From Zygophlyctis sp. KS116 (Eukaryota > Fungi > Chytridiomycota), in contig BAAFSQ010000144.1 in the NCBI GenBank assembly GCA_054661495.1, positions 1 to 24,679 of the forward strand: DNA of 24,679 bases. Reading direction: 5' to 3'. Shown here piece by piece: positions 20,044-24,679 of the stretch. A model generated the notes under the pieces. The model had not been told where the DNA came from and did no database searches. It saw nothing but the letters and a program-made list of their open reading frames with translations. Position 1 is the stretch's first letter. Every line of letters starts with the position of its first letter. The translations under genes were made by a program, and so were the position numbers.

Positions 20044-21534
20044 CTAGTCTTCTTGGAAAAATGAATATTCTTCCATATCATCTAATCAAATTTACTTAAT
20101 AAATATATACCTTGTAGATCATGACCATTCTGTTCATTTTGCCCACGTAAAAGTCGCATTAGTTCATTCACTTTGGATTTTACAGAGTTTTCCAAATCTT
20201 CTGGCTCACCTAAAATTTCTTCCTCTTCTTCAGATGAAGACGATGATGAAGATGTATCAGTCCTTTCCTTATCTTCAAAAAATTTGTCATTAACGACGCA
20301 TGAACTTGGTTCTCCCCTTAATGCATTTGCCTTGTTTGTCATCATTTTTCTCAAATGATCAACAAATTTACTAGAATACCAACCTGATCTCTTACTAAAA
20401 TGATTTCTAGGACTTCCAAACGTCTCTAAGAACGGTAGAATATCTGGATCAATAATGTCACAGACCTGAAACGTATTAATAGAACCAGTAAAATTGGAAC
20501 CATTAAAAACATGATTATTTGGATCAGTTTTTGAAGTTATTACAGGAGCTCTTGATGAGAATCCTCTGAATGTTTTAGTTTTTTTAAGTGTTGATCTCAT
20601 TGAAATCATCTGCCATTTTGCACTTGATGAATCCTTTCGTGGATCAAAAGAATATCTAACCCATGTGTCTTTAAATCCGCCTCTGGGAATCAAATAAGCC
20701 ACCCTGGGTAAAAGTTGTTTGATGTATTTTGCATATTCCGGAGTCATTGAATTTAAAAGAGCAGTACGACTCCAGACTGGTCTATGATTTTGAAAAAGAT
20801 TGGTAATTTCCTCGACTGCTTTTTTTGGAACATCTAACGGCTTAAATTCTTCAGGTGGTCCTGTAGGAACTTGAATACTTTTCATATTGAGTATAGCACA
20901 ATGCAGCTTGTCAGTATTTGAATGTTTATTCATGGTTTTGATTCTAGATTGTCCCTAACATGATTATTCCATAAAATCTTACATCTTCTTCAACTCTAAC
21001 CTTGACTATGGCAGGATTTTGTGAGTATTTGTAATCTAATGCTGTTTCAATTGGACTAAAAAGAGGAGGTGGAATATTTGAAAGCTTCTCTACGATTCCC
21101 TTTTCATGACTAAATCTAAACTTTTCAATTCCTTCCACTATAATATTAATATTATGATAAATACTATTCCATTCTTCAAGGTCTGTCCGAAGTCTTACAA
21201 TAGAGTTATCTTCTTTTGGCAGAACCTGATAATCTGCCAACGATCGAAATCTGACTGTCCGGTTGATCATGCCAATGATTTCATACTTTATTCTAATTTT
21301 TCCAGTCTTTTTATTCCTTTGCTTGATTACTTTAATAGCCAAGTTTGAAGTTGTTATGATATGGCCATAAATCGGCCTAGAAAATAAATCTTTCCTCATG
21401 TAAAGTGCCACCGCTGAATTATTCTTTATGCAATTTAGTAATGCATCAGGCCCCCCGATTAATTTTAATAGAGCTCTTGGATCATTAGAATACCCTGGAA
21501 ACTCAACAGCTATCAAGTCTGGAATGCTACTCAT
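20044..21534 (-). CDS. TFC1: RNA polymerase III transcription factor TFIIIC subunit tau95 (GTF3C5); introns 21138-21164, 20955-20982, 20082-20110
   Basis: AVEFPGY, LKLIGG, RFRSLADYQ, PPPLFS, LFQNHRPVWSR, LPRVAY...GGFKDTWVRYSFDPRKD, SGWY, acidic tail. Confidence 0.88.
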
Positions 21535-21553
21535 AAAATAAAAATTGCAAGTT

Positions 21554-22974
21554 TTAAGTTGTTCCAAGCAATTTTTCAAGTTCATACAATTGTTCTCTGC
21601 CATAAATATTCACAGGTGTTGCATATATCAATCCTTATATTTAATTTAATAAAACTACCTTTGGCTCCTAATTCATCGCCATAGTTTGTTCCATCAGCCA
21701 ATCTTTTACGATGTGGTCCTGTTCTTTTGTCCCGGACTGAAGGAATCCCAAATACATGATTCAAATCAAATCCTTTTAGCATTGGAGTATTTAATGCACC
21801 TCCAGGTACATCTTCTGTGATTTTAAATCCAAGAGATGAGTCTTCGCAATCTTGTAGTTTGGGAGTGTGACATTGAACATTTTCTAAATGCTCATGACGA
21901 GTCGGTATTCCGGCAGGCAAAGATGGTACATATTTCAATCTCCCAAAATATTTTTTACCAGTACCAATAAGATGTCCAACGCTATACTCGTCTGGTGGAA
22001 TTACAATACCAAATGTATGATTTGAATTGAGATGGGAAATTGTATCCTTCATTCTAAAAGATTAGATTTTAAAAATATTACGGATCATGAACTTTACCCA
22101 ATTGAGGCTGTCTTCTCTCCCTGAAATCTGCTAATCTTTTGCTGATAATCTTATTCTTTAATTCCCTTTTTAATTAAATAATTTCAGAGATACTCTTGTC
22201 TTAGATCATCCCAATAAAGTGATTCACGAACTCTTGTTCCATCACTGTCTAGACGAGTTTGAGATTTTATAATTGGAGTTTCAGGTACAGTCCAATTAGG
22301 ACCATAATGCATTCTACGTTCTCCAGGACCATACGACTTATGACTAAGTATATATTGACTCTTAAACTTATCATCATTTTCTTCCGTATTTTTTGGAGGA
22401 TGAATGATTAAACGAACATCATCATCTTCATGAGTCGGCATTCCAAATTTGAAATTGGGATCTTTTGTAAAATCTGGCAATTTTGTAGCATTTGGAACAG
22501 CAGCGCCTAAATATTATTATTATTCCTTTTACCCAAAACTTGATGTTCCCGTCTATGATATATATGTTCCCGACGAGTCTCTCGTTCCTTTCAGATTATA
22601 ATGATTATGAATTACCTGAAGCAGCAAATTCCCTTTCGGAGGAAATACAACATCCCCGGCCTAAAGATGATAAACCAATTAGATCATACAGTATGCTTAT
22701 ATTCTCCTCGAACACCATGGGTCAATTTACTAGCCTTCTCGGATACTGCAGCAACATTTGCCGCAACTTTCTGAGGCATATGCTGAATTGGATCTAACAG
22801 CGATCTCTTTGTGTAAGGCTCTCTCTTATTCCATTCTAGACATACTTTAGCGCTATCTTGATCAGAGTGATTATTAGTTTTCCCAGCCTAAATAATGATA
22901 ATAATATGTCTTACAGCAGGGATTTCTGGATGGGGATCTGGTTTTCTACCAGGAGTCTTACGAATGCGAGTCAT
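21554..22974 (-). CDS. EFHB: EFHB/CFAP21-like ciliary microtubule inner protein; introns 22888-22914, 22661-22689, 22588-22615, 22507-22532, 22166-22193, 22054-22081, 21634-21658
   Basis: FGMPT, YILSHKSYGPGE, ISKRLADFRERRQPQLGKVHDP, HTFG...PDEYSVGHLI, FGIPSVR, RLADGTNYGDE; seven 25-29 nt introns. Confidence 0.8.
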
Positions 22975-23041
22975 ATTTTATTATAATCTAAACTAGAGGG
23001 ACAGTATCAAATGTATGACGTACTGATTGTAATTTCCCGGA

Positions 23042-24519
23042 TCAAAGCTCCCTTCTCCATGCAGGAATTTGTCTATAGTTTTAACTATATCATTTACCTC
23101 TTTGGAATCAATGGGGCTTCGAATTTACTCTTCACCTTTTCACATTCATCATCAATGGTCGCAAGTTTTAATTGTTGCGATATCGTTGGCTGCATCAGCC
23201 GTTTTGGATCCTTTTCAACTTTGATAGCGACCTAATTAATTGAATCATATATTAAAATACCTTTGATATTAAAGATTGTAACCTTTTCTCACGCTTCAAT
23301 TGCTCACTTTCCTTTTGATGTAGTCTTTGATTTCTTTTCTCCAAAAAATCATGATCCTATGACTTAAAGAAAAGAATCAATACCTTCTTTTTAAATTTCT
23401 CGTTTTCAATTGCAAATCTACACTCTTTTTCTCTCTTTACCAATTCATGAGACACAGCTTTTAATTCTCCTTCAAGTGCTTGAATTTGTGATTTCCTTTC
23501 TACATATTCCTTTACTTTTTCCTTGATTTTCTTCTATAACACTTAATAGTATTAATTACTCTTTTTTCAATTTCTCTTAATTTATCAGTATCTAATTTAT
23601 GATTTTCTGACTTGACCTCCTTTTTTTCAAAATTTTTAGAATTCTATATTTATAAAAGGAAATATTATACCTTCCATTCTTGTAAAGCTTGCCTTATTTC
23701 TTCTCTTTTTTGAACTTGTTTCTTTGGGTTTCCTATTTTCTTTTGACCATCATTCTCATCCATTTCTAAATCCTTTATCAACTTTTCTGCCTCTATTTTC
23801 TTTTGAGTCTTCCATTCCTGAATCTTTTTCTTTCTATTTTGTACCAATTTTGAATATGTCCGAAACCATTCTTCATGTTTTTCCAAATCTGATAATAAAA
23901 TTCCTGGAATTCTATCTACACAAATCTTGTAAAAGTATTCTAGATCTACAACTCCATACTTTCCTCTTAAATTTAGAAAAGTAGAGTGATTTATTGGATC
24001 CCATCCTCCAGTTTGTCCGTGTTTCCTTACAAAATCTAAATAATCTTCCTCTTCCTTTGAATTTTTAGGCTGAAATTCCTTTCTAAGAGGAACATAGTAG
24101 ACATTTTCAGCTGATTTTTCATGATTTTTAACAATTTCTACCAGTTTTTCCACTTGTAGAGTTAAATTTACTTCTTCTAATGATATTTCTGCTAATTTTG
24201 AGCAAATATTGAGTTTCATTTGAGATAATTTCCCTTCAAAATCATGAATTTTAGTCTTTATCTTGTCTATATTGACTGGATTTTCAACTAAATCTCTTAA
24301 ATCGCACAACTGAAGCTTTAAATCCTGGAAATCCTGTGGTTTGTAGCTGTTTATTGCTGGTAATTCCAGTCTTTGAGTTATAGATGATAGTTCCTGGGTG
24401 AGAATGTTTTCCTTTTGTAGATACTTTAAGTATTCCTTCATTTTTCCGACTCTTGCAGTCAATGTTATCAATTGTTTGTACTTTAGTGTTCCCATTGATC
24501 TGTCATCGCTTGATCTCAT
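23042..24519 (-). CDS. CCDC112: CCDC112-like coiled-coil (centriolar satellite) protein; introns 23644-23670, 23534-23559, 23357-23383, 23232-23260, 23073-23097
   Basis: FVRKHGQTGGWD..NH..FL, HEEWFRTY......KKKIQEWK, VEKDPKRLMQPT, C-terminal RQIPAWR. Confidence 0.78.
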
Positions 24520-24565
24520 GTTTCCAAATCAACTCAAATGTAATCTAATCTTAAAATACACATTT

Positions 24566-24679
24566 TTAAAAAAACTTAAACTTGCTCTTTCTAGGAGACT
24601 TTGGGAGATGAGATTCAATCTCTGACAGTCGTTTAAGAGCAATTTCATCGCCCTTTGAAGATGCTATTTTATACCATTT
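24566..24679 (-). CDS. C-terminal end of a Sel1-like repeat protein (possibly Chs4/Skt5-like); rest lies outside the window
   Basis: Minus-strand frame from the window edge reads KWYKIASSKGDEIALKRLSEIESHLPKSPRKSKFKFF*, matching the Sel1 pattern WY..A...G...A..RL. Confidence 0.6.
   Translation of the reverse strand, partial: KWYKIASSKGDEIALKRLSEIESHLPKSPRKSKFKFF

Noticed and set aside
20001-20081. N-terminal extension of the PGDH-like ORF to 20081 (and similarly TFC1 to 21603)
   Set aside because: These stretches are the last exons of the upstream genes read in another frame.
55-23670. Depletion of 3n-length introns as in Paramecium
   Set aside because: 14 of 51 are multiples of 3, too close to one third for this sample, and stop-free 3n introns are under-detected by my method.
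2616-24625. Numerous 60-110 aa antisense or alternative-frame ORFs in the track (e.g. 2616, 3120, 4850, 5920, 8418, 8640, 12504, 19515, 22492, 23011, 23724, 24398)
   Set aside because: Shadow ORFs over well-supported genes with no recognisable motifs.
1-24679. Alternative genetic code or widespread pseudogenisation explaining fragmented ORFs
   Set aside because: Nearly all breaks are resolved by 23-34 nt GT-AG introns under the standard code.

Overview
AT-rich eukaryotic genomic DNA, most likely from a zoosporic (chytrid-type) fungus. Fungal markers (STE12-like factor, CAP59/CMT1-type mannosyltransferase, Mmc1-like and Sel1/Chs4-like proteins) sit next to flagellar genes (ZMYND10, EFHB, CCDC112). 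About 17 protein genes are packed very tightly. By hand I reconstructed 51 GT-AG introns, all 23-34 nt long (median 27). Co-directional genes are separated by as little as 14-67 bp, and one convergent pair is predicted to overlap in its CDS. Two insertions stand out. (1) A 1.45-kb intronless cassette encoding a coiled-coil / restriction-endonuclease-like / SAM protein, bracketed by a perfect 57-bp direct repeat that lies just upstream of two different start codons (8237-9801). (2) A 5'-truncated non-LTR retrotransposon (RNase H remnant + Zn-knuckle, poly-A, 15-bp TSD; 15257-16990) whose C-terminal tail carries three KIKL-like motifs and which inserted just upstream of an STE12-like gene. Also notable are a phosphoglycerate-dehydrogenase paralog with all three catalytic residues replaced, and a GC-rich minisatellite in the IPP1/CMT1 bidirectional promoter that extends IPP1 in frame with an Arg/Ser-rich leader. 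All family assignments rest on motif recognition, not database searches.
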